From an uncultured Spirochaetota bacterium (GTDB lineage Bacteria; Spirochaetota; Spirochaetia; SZUA-6; Fen-1364): a stretch of DNA of 64,000 nucleotides. The position numbers and the translations under genes are program-made. The notes under the pieces were generated by a model. The model ran no database searches. It was given only the letters and a program-made list of their open reading frames with translations, and was not told the DNA's origin. Shown here in pieces: positions 47,881 to 58,374 of this stretch; within the stretch, counting starts at the first letter, position 1; the number at the start of each line of letters is the position of its first letter. The stretch lies in assembly GCA_963781885.1 (NCBI GenBank), contig CAWAHW010000004.1:704001-768000 (forward strand). Direction: 5' to 3'.

Positions 47881-49097
47881 TCAGACTAACCATTCCGCGT
47901 CTTGAATTACGGCCACATGATCGCCCTGCGCCCACCAATGCATGACTTTCATGTGCCTATCCTGAGAAATGACCAATGCGACACAATCCCGGTTCTGAGC
48001 GACGAACCGAGCGGCTGACTGGTGCCGTGTCCCGCCAACCTCAGATATCGGACTCAGCTCCGCATTCTGTTCGGCAGGAAGCGAACGAAAGATGCAAACG
48101 CTTTTCGCAACGTCCGCTTCAGTGGCTATTTTCGCTCCAAAGCCCAAGACTCCTAAATCCTTAGTAATCACAAGAGCGCCATCTACCCGTGCCAGTGATG
48201 CAACGCGACGGATTTCTGTCGGCAAGTTCCAAGCATCAACGGTGAGCGCACTCGAGAAGAATATTCTTGCTTCGTCGGTGATCCCCGCTTTTTTCAATTC
48301 TTCGAGCATCTTTCCGCCAGAAAATTGTCGCGTAAGGTTCTGCCTAATTGCGTCGTGTAGCGACAGATCAGGTGTTGCGAATCGATGAACAAATGGATTT
48401 AAGGACTCCGACCACGCGTCAGCTTCCCCAGGAACGATCAGGACGGTCCCGCCGTGCCCATCGCCGAGGATCAGCCTTCCAAGCTCTGCAAGGGTGTGGC
48501 TTTCTTGGCCTACTGCCTGAGTTTCAAGCATGTTATCAGGGGGAAACTGCTTCTTTAGAAGATTCAGCAGTATCACTTGTAGGTCGATACCCGTTCCTTC
48601 GACTATTGACATTGAATCTCGTTTGAAAACTGCGAACGTCTTGTAGGGGCCAAGTCCAACGCGCACTGTTCCAGGATCGGGCACCTCGAGAAGGACGCCG
48701 TCCGTCTGCATGCCCCCGCGTCTGCCGAATCCCCAAATCCTTAGTTCTTCAAGCGATCCATCAACGAGCAGGCAGCCTCCTGGAGGGGCGGCTGGGGCAA
48801 GCCTTTCGATTTGCGCCGCATCGTACGGCACCATCTGACCAAAGGCTATTGCACCAAGCACTTTCCCGGGATCCGCGACCGCGACAGAGAACGGGTCGGC
48901 CGCCCTTCATCAAAACTCAGGCCAGCCCAGAAAGCCGTGACGATGAGATCTGTAATCTGTTTCTTGCTGAGGAGTCTTCCCGAGCCAATAGGCGGGGGCG
49001 AGATCTTCACAAGATGGGCGTGTTGAGCGTGAAGCTTGTCGATACATTCGCCGCGGACTTCAAAGCCAAGAAACTGGTAGCCTTCTTTCACTTTCAT
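47881..49097 (-). CDS. Diadenylate-cyclase-like (DisA_N/DAC) protein with N-terminal DACNV-like sensor (frameshift near 48870)
   Basis: GHGGTVLIV, VDGALV and GTRHQSAA..VISQD DAC motifs; AFWAGL..DEGR N-terminal motif. Confidence 0.8.
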
Positions 49098-49788
49098 TGC
49101 CAGTATCCTACTCCTCACACAATCGCCGCCCGAGTATGCGATTCCCGATTGAGGTTTTTCGAGCTTCGAAATCCTTTCCGCCGAGATTCCCGTCCTGCCA
49201 GTCTCGATAGAGATCCCGAATGTCGTTGATGAGATCTGTGTACCGATTGGCCATCGTGGCGACTACCCCGCCTATCACATCTCCGGAGGAGAGCCGGAAG
49301 ATTCGCCACAATACCGATCTTTTCGAGTGCCCAATCACAGAAATGGATTCTCTGCCATTCCGAACAAGTGCACTGAAGCTTGATCGGTTGAACAGCAGCA
49401 ACAAACTTATGCTTTCCATCCGGACTTCCGAATATACAGCTGACTGCCATTCTTGCTCCCCTTTTCTTGGAAAAATGAGATGATTTCTGAGAAGAACTAC
49501 CCGTTTCCCTATCTTTTTTGACATAACCTTAAATACTCTGTTACGGCAAGTCTATATGAATAGTAGATTTGGGTACATCGGAGTATGCGAGTGGGGAATC
49601 GAAAACGGCCCTAAAATTCTCGCGTGATGATTCTCAGCGACCCAGCGGAAAGTTGCCGAGGCAGTCGCGACCACAATGAGCGACAAGGGGCTCGAAGTCA
49701 AACTCCAGCATAAACGGAATGTGCGTACACTCGCCTTGTAGAGCATGCTTGAGTTCGGAATGCGCTACATGTTCCATGGAGACAGCAA

Positions 49789-50088
49789 CTAATCTCCGAT
49801 GTATCCATAATCTTGAATGAGCATGTCTCGAATTGTTTTCAAGTCTTCCTTGCTCGGCCCTCTTATGATTCCAAAAAGCATTGGGTTATCGGCATCGGAC
49901 AACCGGGTTCCAGCGTGTCCTGGCAGGAGAACAATGCTATTGGGGATTAAACGACACTTGGTCTTGGCATCCTGTGAGTCCTTTTCGATTTCTTTCCAAC
50001 TCCCGGCGTAGCAGTTGAACCAATGGTAGCCGCGCACTGCACTGTCTTGCTCGATGGCTGTAACTCGTTTTTGGCTTTCGTCTTCCAT
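49789..50088 (-). CDS. Hypothetical protein
   Basis: 99-aa ORF of protein-like composition, same strand as the DAC gene. Confidence 0.5.
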   Translation of the reverse strand: MEDESQKRVTAIEQDSAVRGYHWFNCYAGSWKEIEKDSQDAKTKCRLIPNSIVLLPGHAGTRLSDADNPMLFGIIRGPSKEDLKTIRDMLIQDYGYIGD

Positions 50089-50236
50089 GGGAGGTCAATC
50101 TACTACGATTGAGATCAGCCGATCAACAACCCGCTGATCAACGCAGGTTCCTCCTCCATAAAATAGACTTGTCCCCCAACAATTATTTATTGTCAATTGC
50201 TTGATATTTAGCTTTCTACGTGATCTCTCTATTCGT

Positions 50237-51530
50237 ATGAGACACTTCTCTTTCAGGACAGCCGATTCCTTCGAACCCTCACTGCCAGCGGTGCGTCGCC
50301 CGAGAAAAGATTCTGGGGCGAGTCTGTACCGACTGTTCAGGCAGATCAACAGAGGCTTCGGACGTCACTCCGGCGGCGCCTCAGGTTCATCCAAATCGGA
50401 CAGCGACCGGCGGCAGCGGTGCATCGTCAAGGTAAGATATAGTCTCGGTGCAGGCTCTTTGCGAGCGCACCTCTCATACATCCAACGGAAGGGCTCGGGG
50501 AAGGATGGAGAGAAACCCGAACTATTCGGCAGCTCAGAGAAGTCCGAGCTGACCTCTGGCGAGGTGGGTAATCTGCGTCACTACCGCCTTGTGATCTCCC
50601 CTGAGAACGCCGAGGACTTGCCTCTACAGGTGCTTGCAAAGAAGCTCATCCATCGCATCGAGTATGATACAGGATACTCGTCTCTCCTGGGTCGCGGCCA
50701 TTCATGAGAATACCGAGCACGCCCATATTCACCTTGTGATCGGCGGCCAAGACAAGAACGGCCTTGAGGTTTCATTCAGCCGCAAGTACATATCCTCGCA
50801 AATGCGCGAGCACACCCGTAACATCCTTACCGAAGCCCTCGGGGAACGTCGGCCCATCCCCGAAGAGGAGCGCGTAAAGAAAGAGATCAAGGCTAATCGC
50901 TTCACAAGCCTCGATGAAGCAATCCAGATGGCTGCCAGGGCTGGCAGGCTATCGGTGAAGGCATTGCGAGTAGTCACTATGCCCGCAAAAGCTGATGCGG
51001 CCGTCGCCCGACTCAAGTTCCTTGAAGAGGTGGGGCTTGTGCACCGCGAAGGTCGCGATTATCACCTTGCAGCCAACTGGCAAGATTCGCTTGAGGTCTC
51101 GCGTCGGTTCGCGAGCTATCTTGGGGCAGCCAAGCAACTGAAGTTCACACCGCCCAGCCTTTTGCGTCTCTATTCTCCTGAAAAGGATGGCCGTATTGTA
51201 GGGCGGGTCAGCGCCATAGGACGGATCGATGAGCTTTCCAACAATAACTACATCCTTCTTGAGTCCATCGACGGACGAGCGTTCTATGTGCCACTTTTGC
51301 GAAGGCCGCAGGGAATCTCGGTCGGGGATTCAATCGCAATGATGAAATCACTTGAAGCCGGCTCCACCGCGCGCGGAAAACATCGGTCATCACCAAGCGG
51401 CCGACCATCTACAGCTTCAACCTACATGAGCCTTCTGGATGTACGCTATGCAAAACTGCCCGATGAGAAACTCAAGAGCGAGCTTACACGAGTTGGGGAG
51501 AAACGAAGCGGCTTCGGGCTTCAGCTATGA
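50237..51530 (+). CDS. MOBP/VirD2-like relaxase, DUF3363 type (frameshift near 50680)
   Basis: QRCIVK, HLSYIQRKG, RLVISPE and HENTEHAHIH (HUH) motifs. Confidence 0.9.
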
Positions 51531-51562
51531 CAACCTACTGGTAGCGCCGCGCTGGGCTTTAA

Positions 51563-51586
51563 AAAAGTATCGCCGGCGATACTTTT
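51563..51586. promoter_or_regulatory. Palindrome, parS candidate 3
   Basis: AAAAGTATCGCCGGCGATACTTTT. Confidence 0.65.
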
Positions 51587-51614
51587 CAAAGGCTTTAGTC
51601 TCGGTGTTTTTTTG

Positions 51615-51643
51615 TTGCACAATATAAAGCAGATGTATATAAT
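51615..51643 (+). promoter_or_regulatory. Promoter of the virD4-trb operon with shared operator
   Basis: TTGCAC-aatataaagcagatgta-TATAAT. Confidence 0.8.
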
Positions 51644-51673
51644 TCGCAAACAAGGCACCTGAATAGGTCTGGA

Positions 51674-53804
51674 ATGCAAAGCAACATCCGCAAAAAGCCG
51701 AAGCCCAACTCAAATGTGAACCAGACCTTCGCTGTCTTTCATAAGGCCATTCCCTTGGCGCTCATCTTTGCAGGCCTTTGGGTCTCCACTCAGGCCTTCG
51801 CTGGAATGTGCAACTATTCATCCGTCCTTGGCCCTTGCTGGTTTCGCTACGGTCCTACGCCTGTCTATCGCCCGTGGATGCTGCTCGCCTGGGCCTACAA
51901 GTTCGCAAGCTGGAAGCCGGTGCATGAATACCTCTACCAGGCCAGCCTTTACCTTCTGGTCTTCTCAGCAATAGCGCTGGTGACCTATTTGGTCTTGAGC
52001 TTCTTTCGCGGCCTCAGTTCCAATACCGACAACCTCTACGGTACGGCCCGTTGGGCAACCGTTCGCGACCTGCGCCGTAACGGCCTACTCTTCGGCAAGG
52101 GCGTAATTTGCGGCCAGACCGCCAAAGCCGTTCTTCGGGCTGACGCCAAGACCGGCACCACGAAGTATCGCCTCCATCGTTCTGCCAGGATTATCAGCCA
52201 TGCAGGTGAGACCTCCACTCTCATGGTCGCCCCAAGCAGATCAGGCAAAGGCGTGAGCACGGTGATCCCCTCCCTTCTCTCATGGCCAGGCAGCGTCATC
52301 GTTTTTGATCCAAAAGCTGAAAACTGGCACATTACCGCGGGGTTCCGCCGCGCCTTCTCTCACACCCTCCGCTTCAGCCCCGTGCTCAAGGATTCAGTGC
52401 ACTTCAACATCCTCTCCGAGGTAAGGCCTGGTGAGAACGCGGTTCGCGATGCTGAGATCATCGCCGACATCCTCACCGCTCCCCAGGATGAAAGTGCGGC
52501 CAAGGGTGAGAACCAACAGCACTTCATCGACACGGCGAAGAACCTGCTCACGGGTGCGATATTGCACGTGCTTGCCTCACCTGAAATCAGGAACAAAACA
52601 CTCGGCGGGGTGCTGGATTTTCTCTCATCCTCTGCTTTGAATGCCGATGGCAAAGAGGACTTCGGTGCCGGCATCTGCAAACAAATGATATTCGGCGAAC
52701 ACCTTGGTGATTTGCACGCCGTTATCCAGAGCATCGGCAATCAACAGCTTGCGCGGGCGGATCGCGAGCGCTCGAGCGTTTTTTCTACCGCGGTCCGAGC
52801 AGTTCAGACCTTCAAGGATCCTCTCATCCGCAGAAACACATCGGAGAGCGATTTCACTCTCGAGGACTTCGCAAATTCAGCAAGCCCCATCTCATTGTAC
52901 CTGACCGTGCCCTATTCGGACATCGACCGCCTTTCCTCACTTCTGAGGCTACTCATATCCTTTATCATTCGACGTTTCGCAGAAGGTGAAACGCGCTACG
53001 GCGAAGTGAAGCTAAAGAATCGTATTCTTTTCCTTCTGGATGAGTTTCCCATTCTTGGCAGCTTTCCCTTCCTGGAAAAGACCATGGGATTGCTCACCGG
53101 CTATGGAATGTCTTTTCTTATCATCTGCCAAAGCCTCCAGCAGATCATCAAGCTTTACGGGCCGAACAACTCTTTCCTGGAGCACTGCAAGACTTGGATC
53201 ACCTATGCGCCTGGGGACCTCAATAGCGCCAAAACCTTTTCCGAGGTGACCGGCAAGGAGTCGATATGGAAGGAGAGCGTTTCAACAAGCGGCAGCAAGT
53301 TTGCCGTTGGCCTATCGCATCTGAACCTAAGCGGCAATGAGGTCGAGCGCAACCTCATCAATCCCGATGAGATCATGCGACTCCCGCCAACAGATCTGCT
53401 CGTTTTCGCACACGGTATGCCACCCTACCGTGGTAAGAAGATCATCTACTACCTTGACTCCCGCTTCAAACGCTTCGTTAACCTCCCTACCCCCGAGACG
53501 CGAGACGATATCCTCAGCGAGCTTCCACCAGCAACTTCTTCACGTAACGCTTGGAGCAACCTTGCAGACGAGGATTATGCAATCACTGAAACTCTTGAAG
53601 GTGGCGCCAGAGCGTATTCCCCTCAGAATGCAGGAAGGCGCTACTGGTAGCACCACGGGTGCCCTTGAGGTAAGTCCCGAGGTGATGCTGCACCCCGAGC
53701 AGTACTTTCCCCCGGATCCATTTGCAGGGGAAGCCTCCGGCGGTGAGAGTGATCCCGAGCTGGTCGACTCCCCCTTTGGACCGATCCACAGGGGAGAACT
53801 ATGA
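51674..53804 (+). CDS. virD4: Type IV coupling protein VirD4/TraG (probable frameshift near the 3' end)
   Basis: YGTARWA, APSRSGKG, DPKAEN, LLDEFP and QSLQQI motifs; N-terminal TM helices. Confidence 0.95.
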
Positions 53805-54253
53805 AGCGACGTTCTCCTACCACCGTAGTCGGTGTACGAATTGAAGATGGGCTTCTCACGCGAATCGATGATGTCGTTAGGTCGAACGGGAACTACAAAG
53901 ATCGATCTCAATTTCTTGGTGCAGCGCTTCGCGAGAAGCTTGTCAAAGATTTTGAAGATTCAGAGCTCCAGGCTATAGCGCTAAAGAAGATATCAAAGGA
54001 CATTCGCGTACTGGATGACAAGCTTTCGACGTTCATGGAACTTTTTGGAGAGTTCATTTTCGCCTTTTTCATGAGCAGCGCTCCCCTCCCCCTGGATGAC
54101 AAGAAGAAGCTCGCAGCCATTGCGATCCCCGCCAAAAATCAGTACGAGGCTTTCATAGAAAACTTCATCGACAAAACCAAGAAATCTTCCATAGGCCTGC
54201 TATCCAGGCTAGCCGCAGACCTGATTGAAGAGCAGAGCGAAAGTCATGGCTGA
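53801..54253 (+). CDS. Ribbon-helix-helix / CopG-like protein
   Basis: VVGVRIEDGLLTRIDD..DRSQFL.AAL; typical position between traG and trbB. Confidence 0.75.
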   Translation: MKRRSPTTVVGVRIEDGLLTRIDDVVRSNGNYKDRSQFLGAALREKLVKDFEDSELQAIALKKISKDIRVLDDKLSTFMELFGEFIFAFFMSSAPLPLDDKKKLAAIAIPAKNQYEAFIENFIDKTKKSSIGLLSRLAADLIEEQSESHG

Positions 54254-55202
54254 GAGTTCTACCCTCTACCGGCGACAACTCGCCAACCTGGACGAAGACC
54301 TCAAGCCCATCATGGCGGAACTTCTTGATGAGCGCGTGACCGACATCATGGTGAATCCCGGAGGCGAGCTATGGGTAAAAAGGTTCGGCGAGACTACTAC
54401 TTTCAGCGCCAGGATCATCGAGCGAGAAGCAATACTGCGGATCATCATGTCCACCGCCGCCTTGATCGACAAAAAGGTTACCAAAAACGATTGGAACTTG
54501 AGCGGGGTCATACCCAAGTACAACGCAAGGATCGAGGCTTTCATCGAGCCGACCGTCACCTCGCCCACATTCTGCCTGCGCAAGCCTACGCTCCTAACGC
54601 TCTCCCTTGCCGACTATGTCAGGGCTGAAAGACTGAGCCTCGCCCACCAAGCGATCATCGTACAGGCGGTCAAAGACCGCAAAAACGTTCTCATCGGCGG
54701 GGGCACAGGTACCGGGAAGACCACCCTCCTTAACGCCATCATCGGCGAGATAGCCCGCCTGCGCCCCGCGGATCGCCTTTACATAGTAGAGGACACCCCA
54801 GAGATCAACTGCAAGGCCCCCAACTTTGTCTCCCTCGTTGTACCCCCCAATGAGTCGATACGGGCGGTTCGTTCGGCTCTCAGGTATAAGCCCGATCGCA
54901 TCATCTTCGGCGAGCTGCGCTACGGTGAGGTGGCACTTGAATGGCTAAAGGCAAGTGCAACCGGACACCCCGGGGGAATGTGTACCCTCCATGCGGACAG
55001 TGCTCAGCGGATGCTCCCGCGCATGCGAGATCTTCTTCTTGAATGCTTCAGCACCACGGTGCCCTTGAACATCATCTACGAAGCCATAGGCCTGTGCGTA
55101 TACCTGAAAGAGATCCCGGACTTCGGCCCGCGGGTCGTTGAAGTGGCGGAAGTGTTGCCCGGCCTAGATGCCGGGGGCAATTTCCAATATACAACCTACT
55201 GA
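54246..55202 (+). CDS. trbB: TrbB/VirB11 conjugation ATPase
   Basis: GGTGTGKTT, VEDTPE, LRYKPDRIIFGE and TGHPGG.TLHA motifs. Confidence 0.93.
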   Translation: MAESSTLYRRQLANLDEDLKPIMAELLDERVTDIMVNPGGELWVKRFGETTTFSARIIEREAILRIIMSTAALIDKKVTKNDWNLSGVIPKYNARIEAFIEPTVTSPTFCLRKPTLLTLSLADYVRAERLSLAHQAIIVQAVKDRKNVLIGGGTGTGKTTLLNAIIGEIARLRPADRLYIVEDTPEINCKAPNFVSLVVPPNESIRAVRSALRYKPDRIIFGELRYGEVALEWLKASATGHPGGMCTLHADSAQRMLPRMRDLLLECFSTTVPLNIIYEAIGLCVYLKEIPDFGPRVVEVAEVLPGLDAGGNFQYTTY

Positions 55203-55216
55203 AGGAGGGGTATCAG

Positions 55217-55534
55217 ATGCCCGAAAAGAGTCTTGTTCGGCGTGTTTTCTCGGTTGGTATCTTCTATTTCCTGGCTGCTGCAGCAACGACCTATGCTGCG
55301 GACATCACCGACTCACTTGGCCTGGGATCGAAGCTTGACGATATCGTCAATATCTTCAAAAGCAAACTGATCCGGGTCATACTGATCGTTGCGGTGGGCG
55401 GCTGCGCCATCGGCCTCATCGTCAACAAGGACAACGAGGCGATGAAGAAGCGTTTCATGATCATAGGCGTTGCTGCAATCATCCTCTTAGGCGTTCAAGG
55501 CCTTGTGGATTTCATCTGGACTCCCAAAGGATAG
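55217..55534 (+). CDS. trbC: TrbC/VirB2 pilin-like protein
   Basis: Signal peptide plus two TM helices; follows trbB. Confidence 0.75.
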   Translation: MPEKSLVRRVFSVGIFYFLAAAATTYAADITDSLGLGSKLDDIVNIFKSKLIRVILIVAVGGCAIGLIVNKDNEAMKKRFMIIGVAAIILLGVQGLVDFIWTPKG

Positions 55535-55548
55535 TCCTGCCCCGCCAC

Positions 55549-55601
55549 GGCCTGCCGCTCGCCCCGATTGTGCAGAACAAAGGCGCGGCAGGCCTTCTTT
55601 T
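55549..55601 (+). terminator. Hairpin (terminator/attenuator) after the pilin gene
   Basis: GGCCTGCCGC..GCGGCAGGCC followed by TTCTTTT. Confidence 0.55.
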
Positions 55602-55612
55602 GGAGGAAGAAC

Positions 55613-55876
55613 ATGGAAAGCGAGCAAGTTACTGACTACCCCTGGAAGGTGCACCGATCCCTGTTGAGACGGGATCTTGTGGCAGGGGTATCCCGTGTCA
55701 CCTTTGCCATCATCATCTCACTCACCGTCTATATGGTGTTTGGCGTACGGCAATACTGGTTTATAGCCGTTGCAGTGATCCTCTACGTCGTCTTGCGCGC
55801 ACTGACCAAGTCTGACGAGTACCTGGTGGAGATCATCCTCGATTCCCTTCTACTTCCAGATGACCTTTACCCATGA
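55613..55876 (+). CDS. virB3: VirB3/TrbD family protein
   Basis: VHRSLLRRDLVAGV, two TM helices, KSDEY. Confidence 0.8.
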   Translation: MESEQVTDYPWKVHRSLLRRDLVAGVSRVTFAIIISLTVYMVFGVRQYWFIAVAVILYVVLRALTKSDEYLVEIILDSLLLPDDLYP

Positions 55877-56006
55877 TATGATAGGCGTAGAGCAAGGGCG
55901 GGCAACAAAAGTGTCCTGGGATGGTTCAGCCTGGGCTGTGCATGGGCTGCAAACCCCCTTTTGTTGATCTTTACGCTTACATACGATGCGGTCGATAGGG
56001 TAATCG

Positions 56007-56447
56007 GTGACAAAAGCAGTTGCATTCCTTGATCAGCTTGCAAGAACACGCAAGCTCTTAAGCTTTTCAAAGAACTACAAGCTGTCCTACGTCTATCTAT
56101 GGCAGCTCAAAACTCCAAAGACCGACTCCAAGGGCAAGCCCCTAAAGGATCCTAAGACTGGAAAAGTCGTTTATCGACGTAACCCATCCTTTAAGGTCAT
56201 TAACAGACTGAAAAGCGCTATCCCTACCGAACACTGGTACGAGGAGGCAACTGTTTCAGTTGAGGAGGAGTATGCCTCCCGATCAAAGCGCTCGAGCTCA
56301 AGTGATACCTCGATGAAACATTTGTGGCTCCTGGCCGACGACCCTTTCTGCGGTGTCGTCTCGGCCTACGATTGTGACCCTGAGCTTGCCGTGCATTCCG
56401 GCAGGTTTTCCTCTCCGACTCTGCCCAAGATCATACTTGACTTCTAG
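56007..56447 (+). CDS. Hypothetical protein, possible Cro/XRE-like HTH
   Basis: FSKNYKLSYVYLWQL..RNPSFKVINRL weakly resembles an XRE HTH with an insertion. Confidence 0.4.
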   Translation: MTKAVAFLDQLARTRKLLSFSKNYKLSYVYLWQLKTPKTDSKGKPLKDPKTGKVVYRRNPSFKVINRLKSAIPTEHWYEEATVSVEEEYASRSKRSSSSDTSMKHLWLLADDPFCGVVSAYDCDPELAVHSGRFSSPTLPKIILDF

Positions 56448-56490
56448 TTCGCCTGGGCTTACAACAATATAAAGCAATTGCTTTATATTG
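56437..56490 (+). promoter_or_regulatory. parA promoter with perfect 26-bp operator palindrome
   Basis: TTGACT-N17-TACAAC then CAATATAAAGCAATTGCTTTATATTG (56465-56490). Confidence 0.8.
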
Positions 56491-56500
56491 GAGGAAGCCT

Positions 56501-57229
56501 ATGAAAACAATCACCATTGGAACGATCAAGGGTGGAGACGGCAAATCCAGCCTCTGTATCCTCCTCTCCCGCTACCTTGCAAGCATCGGCAAGCGTGTGC
56601 TCACCATCGACCTGGACATCCAAAACTCTACTTCCTACAGCCTTCTGCCTGATGGCGATCCCGACGGACGGCATATCGTACGGGCGATTATCGAAGACAA
56701 TATCGCAAGCCAGACCATCTCACTCGCCCCATGCCACTTCCTCGTTCAGTGCGACTTCAAGCTCACCCAACTGCGAACCATGTCCGCCCAGACCATCAAG
56801 GCATGCCTTTCAAAGGTCAGCGGCGATTACGACTTCTGTCTCATCGATACCCCACCCAACTACGACAACATCGTTATCAGCGGCATGACAGCTTCGAACC
56901 TCATTATTCTCCCCGTGATGCTCAAGAACTCCTTTTCGATAAAGGCAAGCCGCTTCGTTCGAGAGGCGCTGAGCGTAGATGCACCGCACCTCGCGGAGCG
57001 TCTATTTGTCCTTTACAACTTCTTTGAAGCTGACGGGGTCGGTGAGCAGTACGTGGAGCAGTTCCAGGCTATCCATGGGAATGCGTTTTTCAACACACGC
57101 TTCCCAAAGACTGCCCAGGTCCGCCGCGCCGTGGACTACCACCAGCTACCGACGAACGCGTACAGATTCAATGTGCTCTTCCCCGCCCTTCAGGCCCTAG
57201 CACACGAAGTCATGGAATGGTTTGAGTGA
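56501..57229 (+). CDS. parA: ParA family ATPase
   Basis: KGGDGKS deviant Walker A, IDLDIQ, IDTPP. Confidence 0.92.
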   Translation: MKTITIGTIKGGDGKSSLCILLSRYLASIGKRVLTIDLDIQNSTSYSLLPDGDPDGRHIVRAIIEDNIASQTISLAPCHFLVQCDFKLTQLRTMSAQTIKACLSKVSGDYDFCLIDTPPNYDNIVISGMTASNLIILPVMLKNSFSIKASRFVREALSVDAPHLAERLFVLYNFFEADGVGEQYVEQFQAIHGNAFFNTRFPKTAQVRRAVDYHQLPTNAYRFNVLFPALQALAHEVMEWFE

Positions 57230-57242
57230 GCGAGGCAGATGC

Positions 57243-58124
57243 ATGCCGCCAAAAGGAAAGCTTCAAATAGGTTCGAACATTGGAATCGACAAAGAGCAGG
57301 CCTACAAAGAGAGAATCTCAGATCTGGAAAAGAGCCAGGTGCATGAGATTCCGCTCGTCCTCATTGATGAAATTGAGAACGTCCGAAGCTGCTACGATGA
57401 AGATGGCATCAAGCAGCTTGCCGCTTCTATCGAAAAGAGAGGACTCCTACAGCCTGTGATCTTGAGCGAAATGGGAACACGCTACGGTATCCAGGCCGGC
57501 CATCGGCGTGTGCTCGCATTCAGGCTTCTGGAGCGCGAAACCATCCCTGCCCTTGTGAGGCCTTCACCTGAAATGCTTGCTGAAATCCAGTTGATTGAAA
57601 ACATCCAACGAGAAGATCTCTCACCCGCGGATCTTGAGATTGCGGTCACAGCTCTGGCCGAAAGCAAAGGCTCGCAGGAAGCGGTCGCAGAGCTTCTCAA
57701 GAAGAGCAAGCAGTGGGTAAGCAACGTGATCGCCGCTGCCGATGTTCGTGAGGAACTCAGCCCAATACTTGAGCAGCATGGAGTGAAGGGCTCACTGCCC
57801 TCCGGTCATCTGAGGGACATAGCCGCCCTGCCCAAGAAAGATCGCGTGAAAGCCGCCAAAGAAGCCATGGATAACGGCGGCGGCAAACGTGACTTTCGCG
57901 CGGCCGCGCAGAAGGCAAAGGAAAGGCGAGCACATTCAGCGCCCAATGCAAAGCCTGAGCACATTTTCACCCTGATCCTGACGGCTGAGAGGGCGCCGGA
58001 TGGCTCGGTCACGTTCAAACCAGAGCTCACTGGAGAGGCAAGCCCAGAGGTCAAAGCTCGCTTTGACTCCTTCTGCGAGGAGGTTAAAAGCCTTCTCATC
58101 GCCAAGAGCACCGCTGCAAGTTGA
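57243..58124 (+). CDS. parB: ParB family CTPase / DNA-binding protein
   Basis: GLLQPV, AGHRR, ENIQREDL and following HTH. Confidence 0.92.
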   Translation: MPPKGKLQIGSNIGIDKEQAYKERISDLEKSQVHEIPLVLIDEIENVRSCYDEDGIKQLAASIEKRGLLQPVILSEMGTRYGIQAGHRRVLAFRLLERETIPALVRPSPEMLAEIQLIENIQREDLSPADLEIAVTALAESKGSQEAVAELLKKSKQWVSNVIAAADVREELSPILEQHGVKGSLPSGHLRDIAALPKKDRVKAAKEAMDNGGGKRDFRAAAQKAKERRAHSAPNAKPEHIFTLILTAERAPDGSVTFKPELTGEASPEVKARFDSFCEEVKSLLIAKSTAAS

Positions 58125-58190
58125 TTCCCTTCGCGCTCATTCCTCTTGAAGCGGATGCTGACGCAATCTCCTTGAGGTAAGGATGTTCAA

Positions 58191-58328
58191 ATGGCCAATC
58201 AGTTTTTTCACCGTCCTCGATTCCAGCAGCACTTGCCGGCAATCATTAGAAGACTCATTCTCATCGCCGCAAGTCTCGCAATCGCATACTACGTCCTTTC
58301 GACGCTTTTCACAGGCCTAGCGCAATAG
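58191..58328 (+). CDS. Small single-TM peptide (45 aa)
   Basis: AAGGA RBS; MANQFF..LILIAASLAIAYYVL. Confidence 0.45.
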   Translation: MANQFFHRPRFQQHLPAIIRRLILIAASLAIAYYVLSTLFTGLAQ

Positions 58329-58374
58329 CATCGTCGCCCATGAGACGAGTTATCGATCCTACAGTGACAGCTAC

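Noticed and set aside
49108-49790. ORF 49108-49524 and a stop-interrupted plus-strand frame at 49557-49792; also checked for a third recombinase tail
   Set aside because: No recognisable motifs, uncertain starts, and no similarity to the recombinase 3' end.
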